A stretch of DNA of 64,000 nucleotides. It comes from Emiliania huxleyi CCMP1516. Taxonomy: Eukaryota. Shown here one piece after another: positions 18,382-29,921 of this stretch; position 1 is the stretch's first letter, and every line of letters begins with the position of its first letter. The position numbers were made by a program, and so were the translations under genes. The stretch is taken from assembly GCF_000372725.1 (NCBI RefSeq), contig NW_005201349.1, forward strand, positions 140,323 through 204,322, given 5' to 3'. Under the pieces are notes generated by a model. The model ran no database searches. It was not told where the DNA came from and saw only the letters and a list, made by a program, of their open reading frames with translations.

Positions 18382-20161
18382 ATACCGTCTCCCGCCGAAC
18401 TTAGTCCAGCTGGACAGAGTTAGGACACACTCACATCGTTGGCCGGACTCCTATCCCTCCGCGCCTAACTTAGTCCCGCATCGCGCCGAGCGCACCGCGT
18501 ACCGTACCGTACCATCCGAGCCTTAACGCTCCATACCGGGACCGCACCGTACCGTCTGGTACCGAACTTAAGGTAAGGTAGCTTGAGTTAGGGAGCCCTT
18601 TTCCTCTTACCGAACTCCTGTTGTAATGTACCTAACTCCTGCTACCCACCTCTCGGTCCAGCCGGACCGGCACACACGGGCCCCGCGGCCCGCACCACTC
18701 GATCTAAAACCTTCCTGGAAACCCTTGCTTGCGGTTCACGAAGCCGATCCTAAAGCTGTAAGCGCCATCCTTCCCGCTCTCGCACCTCTATGCTTCCCCG
18801 CGCCGCCTCCTTGGCCCCCTGGCCCCCTCTGGGCCTCCTCAGGCGTATCGTTTCTACTCCCAAAATCTCCGGCCTTTGTTTTCTGTTTTCTGCTTTCGGG
18901 GTGCCGCCCGCACGCCCGCCACCCCGAGGCCCGGCTCGGCACCCCGCTCACCGAGAGATCAATCAACATCGCTCGGCCCAGCCACAGCCTGGGTTTCTTA
19001 ACCCTGGTAGGTGGATTGTCCAAAATACGTCAGTCTCGCACGCCTGCGCTAGGTCTGACACCCGACCGCCCCCCCCTCCCTAATATTAACCGGTCAGAGT
19101 ACATTTTGGCCGGCTAATGTTAGGAAGGGGAGGCCAAAAAACGCACATTTTTGTCCACCTACCAGGGTTAATCAGCTGGACCGAATTTTACCAAGTTGGA
19201 CGCCGTTGGACGTATCCAGTGTTCACTGTCTACGTGTAGCGACGGGCGGCTGCGCGATAGCTGCTTTGTCGGTCCCGTGAGCCAAGTCAGCGTCGGGCTG
19301 GCTACATGTTCGCTCGCCGTGGTCACAAGCCATCGAGGAAGCCACCCTACCAGGGCCACAATCGCGTTGCGGATCAGTGGCGGTGGCGAGCCTTTGGCGC
19401 ACAGCGTGAGCATGCCAGCACGGCTCGCATCAGGGCTGCACCCGTCGCCGAGCACCTCGTGCACTCCACACGGACCGGGCGATGCCACGAGCCCGCTGCG
19501 CGGCTGCACCGAGTGACTCTCTGTGGCAGGAAGTGCACTTTTATGCCACATGTACATGTTCGCGTTGTCTCGCAGCATGCCGAGTGGGCCTTCTGTCTCT
19601 GAGGAAGAACCGAAATGCGAATTCGCGCCCTGCCGATCTCCGAGTGGTCAACCGGAGAGGTCTGTGGACACGTGTGCAGTCGAGGCAGCCGCGATCGGCG
19701 CGTCTCTGGCATCTGCGTGGTGAGCACCCTGGCGGTATGCGTGCGCAGCAGCCTCAACGCAGGGCCAGAGATGACGTGTCCGGTCGGAGGTGGAGCGCTA
19801 CCAACGGCTCGAATGGTTCCTCGCGGGTCGGATTCCGTCCACGCGCACGCGTCGGGCACCCGCTCAGCAGCACCGAGGGGTATCTGTCGCGTCGCAGCCA
19901 TCGTGTGCTGCAGCCTCCGGCAAACCAGTGCCGGCAACTGGCCACCATCGATACACGGAGAACCGCTCGCAGCCTCGCACGAGTCAGCCCAGAGGCGATC
20001 GATGGGCGGGAGAGGCCTCTGGCACGGACATACAGCTCGGGCCCGACGGACGGCGCGAGGGGGCGATCTCGCGCGGGTCCAACTTTGGCCTGTGGAGGCG
20101 TGAAGAGGGGAAGGAAAAGCCGATCTTTTTTCTTTATTACATGTCTCATAGCCCCTATATC

Positions 20162-20248
20162 CTTTTTCTGTAGTTTGGTTGGTAGTTTGGTTTCTCTATG
20201 TATTCTAAAGGCGCGGCGCCAAACTACAAACCAAACTACAAGAAAAAG
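20162..20248. repeat. AT-rich inverted repeat (about 29-bp arms, 28-nt loop)
   Basis: TGTAGTTTGGTTGGTAGTTTGG and CCAAACTACAAACCAAACTACA are 21/22 complementary, extended by CTTTTTC/GAAAAAG. Confidence 0.75.
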
Positions 20249-21323
20249 ACATTGTCCTAGTCAATCGATAAAAGAGTTTAAACAAAAGAATAAAAAAGAA
20301 TCAGGAATCTTCCCCTGGCGCGCCTCAATTGAACGAACCCACGCCGAGCGACGCTCCCGGCGTGCGGATCTTGCTTGACAGGTGCCTCGCTGCGTGCGCC
20401 GCTGCGCCTGCGCTCGGCCCTCGCTGCCTGCGCCTGTCTGTCAGCCTGGACACGCTCACGGCGCTCGCGGCGCAGTCACTGCGGCTGGTCTGAGCGGGCG
20501 GCATGCTGCGGCTCCACACTGCCACTGCAGTCTCTAGGCAGAGAGGAGCCAGTACTCCTCTGTTCAACGCATAGGCGATCGCAACTCGACCCCTGCCACC
20601 GCGCTGGCGCGTGCTGCCGCTCGTGTCTGCGCGACAGTTCCGATGAAACCGTGCTCCCCTCCCGTGACGGCCCGAGCCTCAACTCCAGGCTCAGCTGAGA
20701 GATATACTGCTACTGGTGGCTGAGCGTCGGAGGTGCCCTCTCAGCTATGTGTCTTGGTCCGTGAGGACCGTCTGCCAGCTCCCCTGGTCATGCGCTAGCC
20801 GTCTAGGCCGATCGGTCCCCGGCGGGCGTATTTGTGTGTTGCTGCTGCGGCCTCGCAGTAGCCTTGCCGGGCTGCCCCCAGCGAAAGATAACTTCAACAT
20901 TCACTTCAACACTGGCGATGCGGCAACCGCTACACGCGCATAGGTCACACGCAACACGTGGGCAGCCTCCCCCCCCGTGAAAAGTCCATGAGTCGCCGTC
21001 AGGCCGTCGGACTGGGCGCCACTGGTGTGCAGCAGTGATTCCCGCAAGTCGCCTTGGTGCTCGCGATAGCCCTCGCCGCCCCTCACTTCGCCCCCGGGCC
21101 AAGCCTCCGGCGCCGTGTCTACCCCACCGCCCCCGACTTGGACGCCTGAGGCTCGGCTGTGTCCGAGTGTGCATGAAACACGAGAAAACACGAGGGCCTT
21201 TTTGTGGGAAAGCCGACTTTGCCCCTTAAGGTTTCCAAGCGGCTGGTGGCAGTTTAGCCTGGGGTTCTTAAAAGCTGAGACAGAGATACTACCGACAGAT
21301 AACCTAGCTACCAGTAGCTATGA

Positions 21324-22748
21324 CTAGTAGATTTGCTGTGCATCGGCAGCGGCCGCGGCCGCAGTTGTAACGGCGGCGGTGAGCTCCTCGGCAGGCCGCT
21401 CCTGGGAGAGAAGTGCGGGAAGAGTGCTGGGGGCGGAGCCGGGGTCGATATCGTTCGCGGCCGGCGCGGCGTGGCGCGCTGCTCGCCTTGGGCAGCGCTC
21501 GCGGAATCCAAACGGCCCGGTGGCCGCAATCCTTTTCATGCGCCACAGCGTCGCGTACGTGCGGAGGTCGCAACGTGCAGCGTCAGCGAGCAGCAGCCTG
21601 GACGCGGTGTCGTGCAGCGCAGCCACCGTTGCCCTCTTGGTCTGCTCGAACATGACGTGCCTGGGGTGGTTGCTCAGGCTGACGTGCGGCACATGCCGGG
21701 GGGTGGGCCAGCCCATGCACGCCATGGCGCGGCGCATGTTTGCCGTCAAGTTCGCCACGTCGCCGAGAATATCAATCGACGCCAGACGCGAGGCGGCCAG
21801 CCGGGTCATCTGGTGCGGACACTGGAATGGGACGCTCGAGGCGTGCGTCGATCGCCAGCCAGCCGCCACGCTCGTGGCAGGCAGGTTGTAGCTGCTGTTG
21901 GTGAACTTGTTGTGGTTCTTTGTGATGTACGCGCCCGTCGCCGCCATGCGCGTCGTGAGGCCGGCAGCAAGCGGAAGCCACTCGCTCAACGGCACGAGCG
22001 CCGTGCGATGGTTGCGCCGAGGCGGCCACATTCGATACCACGACAGCATGTGCGCAGCCGGGTCGCGAATGAGCGCAAAGGTGACCAGTGCGCCCCCCGC
22101 GGCGGCATACCGACGGCGCAGCGCGCCCAGGCGCGGCAGGACGCCGAGCCAGTAATGGTTCTCGGCGTAGTGATGGAACTCCACCGCGAAGGACGACAAG
22201 TTCCACTGCGTCGCGCGGGGCAGCACCCTGTCGCCCTTCTTGTTGTTGGACCCGCCCCATGCGAGCGCGTCGCGGTGCAGGCTCAGAAACTCCGCGGCGT
22301 GCGCGTAGTCCAGGAAGGTGAAACCGGCCCGCTTGCTGTGCCCCAGCAGGTAGTCTCGGACGGCCGTGCCGCCACACTTGGCAAAGTGCACGAATAGGAG
22401 CGCCTTCGGCGACGGGGCCTGGTTGATCGCGTGCCGCGCTGCAGCTCGCGCATCGGCTCGGCTGCGCAGGTGCGGCGCACGTGGCCAGCTGGCCGTGGAG
22501 CGGCCGTCGCAGCTACAGTTGTAGCTCGATGCACCTGGAGGATAGCCGCACCAGATCATGCTGGTCTCATCCTTGCCGCTGGTCTCGTCCTTGCCACTGC
22601 AGCCGCGCAGCAGGAACCGGCCTCGGCATCCGCGAACCCACACGGACGGCGAGCGCTCGGCGGCATTTGTGCAGCCGAAGCTCCGCCCGAGGATGCACGG
22701 CGCGTAGCTTGACTGCTCAGCTAAAGTGATGCTGCAGCGCCCCGACAT
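21324..22748 (-). CDS. Sulfotransferase-family protein with an N-terminal Cys-rich DUF3011-like module
   Basis: 5'-PSB motif FVHFAKCGGTAV and 3'-PB motif LIRDPAAHMLSWY. N-terminal LAEQSSYAPCILGRSFGC...VWVRGCRGRF. Start uncertain; the ORF extends to 22973. Confidence 0.7.
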   Translation of the reverse strand: MSGRCSITLAEQSSYAPCILGRSFGCTNAAERSPSVWVRGCRGRFLLRGCSGKDETSGKDETSMIWCGYPPGASSYNCSCDGRSTASWPRAPHLRSRADARAAARHAINQAPSPKALLFVHFAKCGGTAVRDYLLGHSKRAGFTFLDYAHAAEFLSLHRDALAWGGSNNKKGDRVLPRATQWNLSSFAVEFHHYAENHYWLGVLPRLGALRRRYAAAGGALVTFALIRDPAAHMLSWYRMWPPRRNHRTALVPLSEWLPLAAGLTTRMAATGAYITKNHNKFTNSSYNLPATSVAAGWRSTHASSVPFQCPHQMTRLAASRLASIDILGDVANLTANMRRAMACMGWPTPRHVPHVSLSNHPRHVMFEQTKRATVAALHDTASRLLLADAARCDLRTYATLWRMKRIAATGPFGFRERCPRRAARHAAPAANDIDPGSAPSTLPALLSQERPAEELTAAVTTAAAAAADAQQIY

Positions 22749-23633
22749 TGCCCGCGCCCGCCGCAAGTGTCCATACAGGCGCCGGTTTGCCGCTGCAGCC
22801 GCGCCGCCCCGCTGGGCTTTGCGAGAGAGGCGCCGTGGGCGGTGCCAGGAGAAGGGGCAGATACTCGCATAATGTGGGTAAACGAAAAAAGTAGCGATAA
22901 ATTCGTCTACGTACGGCTTAGTGTGTGGTTGGGGTGGCCTCAGGCATCCCCAAGGGAGCCTCTGCGGTGCCACATAAGCAGCTGAGTGATTGTCGAGACT
23001 TTAAAGGATTCGTTTGAAGAAACGCAAACAAGACAAACGGTACTATGGTCACCAGTAAACGAAAATTCGACTTTGAGGGATCATATCTCAAAAGGCTGGG
23101 TGAGAGCATAGCATTATTGTTGCAGATTAGGCCGCATAAGGTCAAACTTGACCCCAGAAGCATCAAGAACCCGATGCTCCGGCTCGACTGTGCCGGCACA
23201 CTGCCTCCTCGCGCACGCTGCTCGCAGGCCGTTGCGGCCCGTGGTGCACCAGAGAGAGAGGTCGATATGTTGCCCCCGCCGGCGACCCCGCGCGGCTCAG
23301 GCCAGCCAGAAGGTGTGTGGTGACGGCACCGTGGCAGGAGTGCGGAGAAGAGCTCGCCGAACGCGAGCAGCAGATGGCCAAAGTGTGCCAGCGCGAGAGC
23401 CTCGCGAGCGGGCGCAGAAGGAGCTCGCCGTGACACGATGCCGGGCGGTGGTGGTGCTCTGGCGACTGTGCACAGTGGGCAAAGTCAGGCTGCAACAGGG
23501 CAGCACGTTGGTAGTGCCCTGCTGCAGCCTGGCCTGACATGCACAGGGCGAACAGAGGCGGTACTATCGTCCGGCGCTCGTCTAGGGGAAACCCGGAGCG
23601 CGAGGGCCCAACTTCAGAATCCTGCTTTTTGGG

Positions 23634-25114
23634 TTGGGTGGGTTGTTGGGTTGGGTTGGGTTGGGTCGGGTTGGGTTGTTCCGCGTGAGGTTTGATGGCG
23701 ACGCTGGGAACTACACGCTCGGTGTTGTTTCTCCGCCCGCGCGAGGCCTGGCGAGAGGCGGACCGCGTTGCGCCTCACATTGTACCTTGATCAGGCGTCG
23801 TCTTTTGGCGCCGGCCTGGGAGCTTACGCCTGAGACTATGCGTGGATGCCCTGAGGGTTGGCCACGCGAGGTCGGACCCAACGGAGGCCAGCTGTGCCGC
23901 AAGAAGGACCGCGAGTCGATGGAATGGACTTGCGCTGACTGCTGGAAGCAGCTCGCTGGCGAGCCGTGGTGCGCTCCGTCCGGCACGTGTAGCGCCAGCC
24001 CGCCCTCGGCAGCAACGCTCGACAATCTGCTCATGTTGCGAGAGCCGACCAGCCTCCCCAGTCTGCCCATGTTTTGGCACATCCCGAAGGCGGCTGGGAC
24101 AGCGATGGAGGCATTGCTCGTTTTCCTGTATAACAAAACCATCTTGATCCACGAGCAGGCCAGTCCGACCGAGGCCACCTGGAAGCGTGTCAAGGCTGGC
24201 GGCAAGGTGGCCGGTGAGGACTCGCCATGGGTCGTGCATGAGCCAACTGAGATCACCGCTGCAGAGGTGGCGGCAGCCGCTGAGCAGTCCGGCGGCGCGA
24301 AGCTGGCCATCATGACCGACCTCCCCTTCATTAACCTGCCGCTCCTCAAGACGGTGCGCTGCCGCTTGTTCGCCGTATTTCGACAACCCGTGACGCGGGT
24401 GGTGTCGCTCTTCAACTACCTCCAGACCGCCACCTGGGAGCCAACCTACGGCAAGATACCTTCGAAGTTCGAAGCCTACATCGAATCTAGCACATTTGAA
24501 TCGCGGTGGCTTACCACTGCGCTTGCACTCCCGCCCGAGAAGTGGGCGATGGCAGACGCGCTCGGCTCCAAACGCCTGCTCGCGGAAGCCAAGCGCACGC
24601 TCAGCCGCTTTTGCCTGGTTGGGCTCTTCGACCGCTTGCCCGAGTCGTTGACGCGCTTTGAGACTTACTTCAACCTGCCGCACACGGGGAGCCCGGGTCT
24701 GCGAGCCAGGTTCACGACTGGTGACGGTGCTTGGAACCAGGCAGCGAAGGCTGCCGACAACCGCACCAGACTCGTCGAGGGCACCCCCCTGTGGACCAAG
24801 GCGAGCGCGCTGCAACTCAGTGCACCCGCTGAGGCGCGCCTTCTAACGAGTGTGTCTGCATGCAGGTTGAAGGGAAGCTGCAAAGCGACGTGGCTGTCTA
24901 CAAGCACGCGGCGCGTCTCTTTGAGCAGCAGGCAGGTCTGGTTGCTCCCGGCGCGGGTGAGGGCGCGCCCACGCCCAAGACAGCGCCCGAGACTCGGCTC
25001 ACGGCGGGCTCGAAACGTGCAGTGAAAGAAAGAAAGAAAACACACAACCCAAGGGAGGGATGGGAGAACGGCACGCCGCCACCACACAGGGATTTTAAGG
25101 AGAGGAGAGTGTGA
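23634..25114 (+). CDS. Sulfotransferase, partial duplicate (single domain; possibly a pseudogene); GC-AG intron 24801-24865
   Basis: FWHIPKAAGT and FRQPVTRVVSLFNY motifs. 23831-25019 duplicates 25366-26554 but lacks that gene's N-terminus and second domain. Confidence 0.6.
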
Positions 25115-26554
25115 TGCGCTAGCCGTCGCCCACCCTGGGGAGTCTGCCTCTTCGTATCTCTTTTCGCAGTCTCTCGCCGCTTCTCGCTGCAACCTTCATG
25201 CCACCTCGCGGCCGTCCCACCACAAGTGGGCCGGGGTGGGAGGGGGGATGCCCATATGCAGCACCGCACCAATGCAGCCTTGCCGTCCGCGAACCGTGTG
25301 CAGGTACGGCCATCGCGCTTGCTCATCGTAGTCGCCGCCCAATGCGTCGCAAGCAGCGCGAGCTTTGAGACTATGCGTGGATGCCCTGAGGGTTGGCCAC
25401 GCGAGGTCGGACCCAACGGAGGCCAGCTGTGCCGCAAGAAGGACCGCGAGTCGATGGAATGGACTTGCGCTGACTGCTGGAAGCAGCTCGCTGGCGAGCC
25501 GTGGTGCGCTCCGTCCGGCACGTGTAGCGCCAGCCCGCCCTCGGCAGCAACGCTCGACAATCTGCTCATGTTGCGAGAGCCGACCAGCCTCCCCAGTCTG
25601 CCCATGTTTTGGCACATCCCGAAGGCGGCTGGGACAGCGATGGAGGCATTGCTCGTTTTCCTGTATAACAAAACCATCTTGATCCACGAGCAGGCCAGTC
25701 CGACCGAGGCCACCTGGAAGCGTGTCAAGGCTGGCGGCAAGGTGGCCGGTGAGGACTCGCCATGGGTCGTGCATGAGCCAACTGAGATCACCGCTGCAGA
25801 GGTGGCGGCAGCCGCTGAGCAGTCCGGCGGCGCGAAGCTGGCCATCATGACCGACCTCCCCTTCATTAACCTGCCGCTCCTCAAGACGGTGCGCTGCCGC
25901 TTGTTCGCCGTATTTCGACAACCCGTGACGCGGGTGGTGTCGCTCTTCAACTACCTCCAGACCGCCACCTGGGAGCCAACCTACGGCAAGATACCTTCGA
26001 AGTTCGAAGCCTACATCGAATCTAGCACATTTGAATCGCGGTGGCTTACCACTGCGCTTGCACTCCCGCCCGAGAAGTGGGCGATGGCAGACGCGCTCGG
26101 CTCCAAACGCCTGCTCGCGGAAGCCAAGCGCACGCTCAGCCGCTTTTGCCTGGTTGGGCTCTTCGACCGCTTGCCCGAGTCGTTGACGCGCTTTGAGACT
26201 TACTTCAACCTGCCGCACACGGGGAGCCCGGGTCTGCGAGCCAGGTTCACGACTGGTGACGGTGCTTGGAACCAGGCAGCGAAGGCTGCCGACAACCGCA
26301 CCAGACTCGTCGAGGGCACCCCCCTGTGGACCAAGGCGAGCGCGCTGCAACTCAGTGCACCCGCTGAGGCGCGCCTTCTAACGAGTGTGTCTGCATGCAG
26401 GTTGAAGGGAAGCTGCAAAGCGACGTGGCTGTCTACAAGCACGCGGCGCGTCTCTTTGAGCAGCAGGCAGGTCTGGTTGCTCCCGGCGCGGGTGAGGGCG
26501 CGCCCACGCCCAAGACAGCGCCCGAGACTCGGCTCACGGCGGGCTCGAAACGTG
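23831..26554 (+). repeat. 1189-bp near-identical direct duplication (23831-25019 = 25366-26554)
   Basis: Constant 1535-bp offset with identical translations. Confidence 0.95.
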
Positions 26555-27363
26555 GGGGGGGTAGACGCTGCATACTCCCCCGGCGTGCAGCCGAGGCCAG
26601 GGTCGCTGCACCTTGCAGCGGGGATGCACGCAGGCTTGCACGCAGGCTCGTCGCGCGTCGCGGCCACTGCAGATCTGGCGGCTATGTGGGCGAGGCTCTC
26701 GGCGTGTACTCCTACTTGCCCGGCTGCCAAGGGACGTCGCCGACGGGCATCCACTGGACATACGTGCAGCCGCAGCATACTGGCACAGGCACCGTCCTCC
26801 GATACCTCTACACCAAAGGCATTGTGACCAACGCCACCTGCCAGCATCACCACACGGCACTGCCTTCGCCGGGAGTAACGCATGCGTTTGCCTTTGTGAC
26901 CAACCCGTACAAGAGGGTCGTGTCGAATGCGGGATTCTGGAAAATCCTCCAGGCGCCCACCGAGGCATTCCCCGACAAGGACCCAATCTGCCGCTTCAGA
27001 GCTTGGCTGCACGCGCAGGACTGCCCGCCCGTTCTGCCACAAACTGCCCTCTTGGCGTGCCACCCGGTGAAGTTTATCGGCCACACAAGTTCACTCGCGG
27101 CGGACCTTCGGACAGCACTGCTCGGTGTCGGCTACCCTGCCGGTGTCGGAGGCGGACGAGTGCCGCAGGAGATCGAGTTCGGAACCGGAAAAGACCAGCG
27201 GCACTGCATCACGAGCTGCTCCTCCAACAAAACGGATGCGCCATCGCTCGCAGACTGGTACGACCACGCCTCGCTGAAGAAGGTGCAATCTTGGTACCAA
27301 AGCGACTTCGAAGCGTACCACTTCTCGTTGGATCCGGCCATTGAACACCACCAAGCAACTTAA
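25256..27363 (+). CDS. Tandem two-domain sulfotransferase-like protein; GC-AG intron 26336-26400
   Basis: Domain 1: FWHIPKAAGT, RQPVTRVVS, DVAVYKHAARLF. Domain 2: YVQPQHTGTGTV, FVTNPYKRVVSN, WYQSDFEAYHF. N-terminal hydrophobic stretch LLIVVAAQCVA. Confidence 0.78.
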
Positions 27364-27383
27364 CACTGGCACTAACACAGGTA

Positions 27384-27457
27384 ATAAATAATATTAAACT
27401 AAGAAAACGGACACCTCTACTAGGAGATGGGTAAAAAGGAACAGGTCCCCGCCCGTG
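27384..27457 (-). mobile_element. Very short 5'-truncated retroelement 3' end with an 8-bp target-site duplication
   Basis: Reverse complement of 5881-5938 plus an AT-rich tail, flanked by CACAGGTA at 27376-27383 and 27458-27465. Confidence 0.65.
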
Positions 27458-27787
27458 CACAGGTACACCACTCCAAGGAATTAAAGAAACAATAAAAACT
27501 GTTAGTTAGCAGTCCCCCTTCGTGTATGTTCGTAAGAGCCACTTACTGAGTAAGGAGACCGCGCGCGCCCGCGCGGGGGCGGCGCGCGGCTGGGGAGCTG
27601 TGGGCTGGGCGGAATCTGTCGGCCCCCCACGCAGAAAAAAGAACGCGAAAACGAAAAGGAGCGCCCTCTCTACTCTGCACTCTCGTGGTAGCCCGCAGCC
27701 AGAACCGGCGGCGTGTGGTTTTGCGAGTAAAAAAGAGAAAAGGATCGCGCGTCGGGTGCGTGGGGCTCTGACTCCCGCCCACTCAAC

Positions 27788-29650
27788 TCACGCGCGTCCG
27801 CCGCGGCGGCCAGCGCGGCCGCCGCCGTTCCCGCGCCCGCGCCCGCCGCCGCGCCCAACGCCGCCGCCGCCGCCGTCCCTCCGCTCCTCCAGGCTGACCC
27901 GCAGAGCCCGCCCGCCCAACGTCTTGCCGTCGAGGGAGCGCACCGCCTCCGAGGCCGCCTCCGCCGTCTCCATCCGCACCTTCGCCATGCCGCGCGAGAG
28001 GCCGTCCGCCGAGGTGAGGACCTGCGCCGCCGAGACGGAGCGCCGCCCGGCGCAAGCCTCGATCTCGTCCACCAGCCTCGCCTCGCCCCACTCATAAGGC
28101 AAATTGTGCACAAACAGCCGCTGCGCAAAGTACCGCTTGCCTCCCCCTCCGCCGCCACCGCGCCCGCCGCCGCCACACCCTCCGCCGCGCCCGCCGCCGG
28201 CCTCTGCCGGCTGCACCCACGACGACTGGCCAGGGGCGCCGCCGAATGCCCCTTCGATGGGCACGAACCTGCTGCCGTCTGCGCCGAGGCTGAGGCCGGC
28301 GGGCTGTGCTGGCGTGGCGGCGAGGTGGTTGGCCAGCGCCTCGCCCGAGAGGAAGGCGCCTAGGAGAGCTCCGAGAAGGCTCCGGGAGAAGGCTCGGGGG
28401 ACGGGGGCAGCGCCTCGAGAGAAGGCGCCCTCGACAGTGGCCGCGTGCTCGGCGGAGGCGGCGCACCAGTCGCCTGCGATGCCGATGCGGTGCTCCGCGT
28501 CTGCCACCAGCAGGGGCGGGGTGGGGACGTGAGCCCGCGGGGCGACGAAAAGGGGTCGTCAGCGGCGGCGGCAGTGGCGGCGGCAGTGGCGGCGGCGGCG
28601 GCGCGGCGGCGGTGGCGGCGGTGGAGGCGCACCCCAGACGTAAGGGTCGTCCCACCTGCAGAGAGGCAGCGCGGCACCCCACAGCTGCAGCCTGGTGCGG
28701 AGGGGCTTGAGCGCCTCTGGCTCGAGCCCGACGGCGGCCTCGACCGCGCGGAGGAGCTTCGCCGTCACCTCCGCCTCCGCCTCAGTCCCGGCCAGCTGCT
28801 CCTGCGGCACCTTGTGCGCCTTGCCGAACGCGCCGGTGCTCAGGGCGGTCCAAACCTCGCCGCCCCCGTCGGCCGGAGCGTACTTTGCGGCATTGTTTGC
28901 CAGCCAGCGCAGCGGGCCGCCGCGCACCTCCGCCGCGTCGAAGTCGGAGGGCATCACCCCGGCCGGCGCCTCGAACGCCAGCGAGTAGACAGAGTTCAGC
29001 GTGAAGACGCCGCCGCCCTCGCGCCCTCCGCCGGGCAGCGAAGCGGCAAAGCGAGTGCGGAGGAGCGAGTGCACGTCGCGCGCCGGCACGCTCGAGGTCA
29101 GCCGCTCCGCGCATTTTCCATTGTGCGCAATCACGACCGCGTCGAAGCGACAGTCGTCGCCCGCGCCACTGGGCAGCCGCAGACGCCACATCCCGTCGCT
29201 CTCGTACGTGATGCCTCCGTTGGGCGGCACCCACACGTCCTGACGCACGTCGAGGCCGCGCGCCAGCGCCGCCGCGATGCCGCCCATGCCGTCCGCGCCC
29301 ACGTAGCGCACGGCGTCGCCCTCGACTGGCACAGCAGCAGCGCCTCCTTCCAGGGCAACAACTCGTGCCGGCCACTGCTTGACCAGCCCCTCGGTCTCCA
29401 GCTCCTTCATCAGAGCGCTGAAGCTGGCCGAGCGGGCGGTCGCGTACTGAGCGGCATGATCCACCGTCGCTCCGCCAGGCCAGGTGCGTGAGGAGCAGCG
29501 CCCGCCAGGAGCGTGCTTCCCCGTGTCGAAGCAAACGGCCTCGTGGCCGAGCTGCTGCAGCCGGCGGGCGCACGCCAGGCCGGCAATGCCGCCGCCGATG
29601 ACGGCTGTGCGTTGAGGAGTAGACTGGGTGAGCGCGGGCGCGAGCGGCAT
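27788..29650 (-). CDS. Renalase-like FAD/NAD(P)-dependent oxidoreductase fused to a C-terminal RRM and RGG tail; introns 28632-28501 and 28428-28360
   Basis: AVIGGGIAGLACA, GGRCSSR, DHAAQY, QLWGAALP, IAGDWC and VEGAFLSG. RRM motifs LFVHNLP and SRGMAKVRM. Start uncertain. Confidence 0.8.
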
Positions 29651-29921
29651 GAGGTGCATGTATGATTTGTTGCTGCCGAAGGCGCGCCGCCCGGGCGAGT
29701 GTGCAGAGAAGTGTGGCTGCCCACAACACCCCGAGGCTTTCAGAAAAAAGAATTCTCCTTTCTTCGACAAAAAGAATTTTCCTCTCCGTGCCCAGTGTTG
29801 TTGTGCCTAAGACGTAGGGAAAAGAAAGCCAAACCCGGCGCCCGCCCGCGATTCGTAAATGCGCAACTTCCGCAAAGCGGCGCCCAGCATCTTCTCGAAC
29901 CCCTCGGTACCATCGCAGTAT

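Noticed and set aside
18380..18620. ACCGT/CTTAG-rich repeats after the RCC1 remnant as a transposon end
   Set aside because: No partner terminus or TSD was identified.
19168..19937. Possible D27-like carotene isomerase fragment (PPPLIR...WLTGPT)
   Set aside because: The resemblance is too weak, the Cys-rich C-terminus was not found, and I could not build a convincing gene model.
23631..23679. (GGGTT)n tract as a telomeric repeat
   Set aside because: It is short, degenerate and not TTAGGG, so it is treated as a microsatellite.
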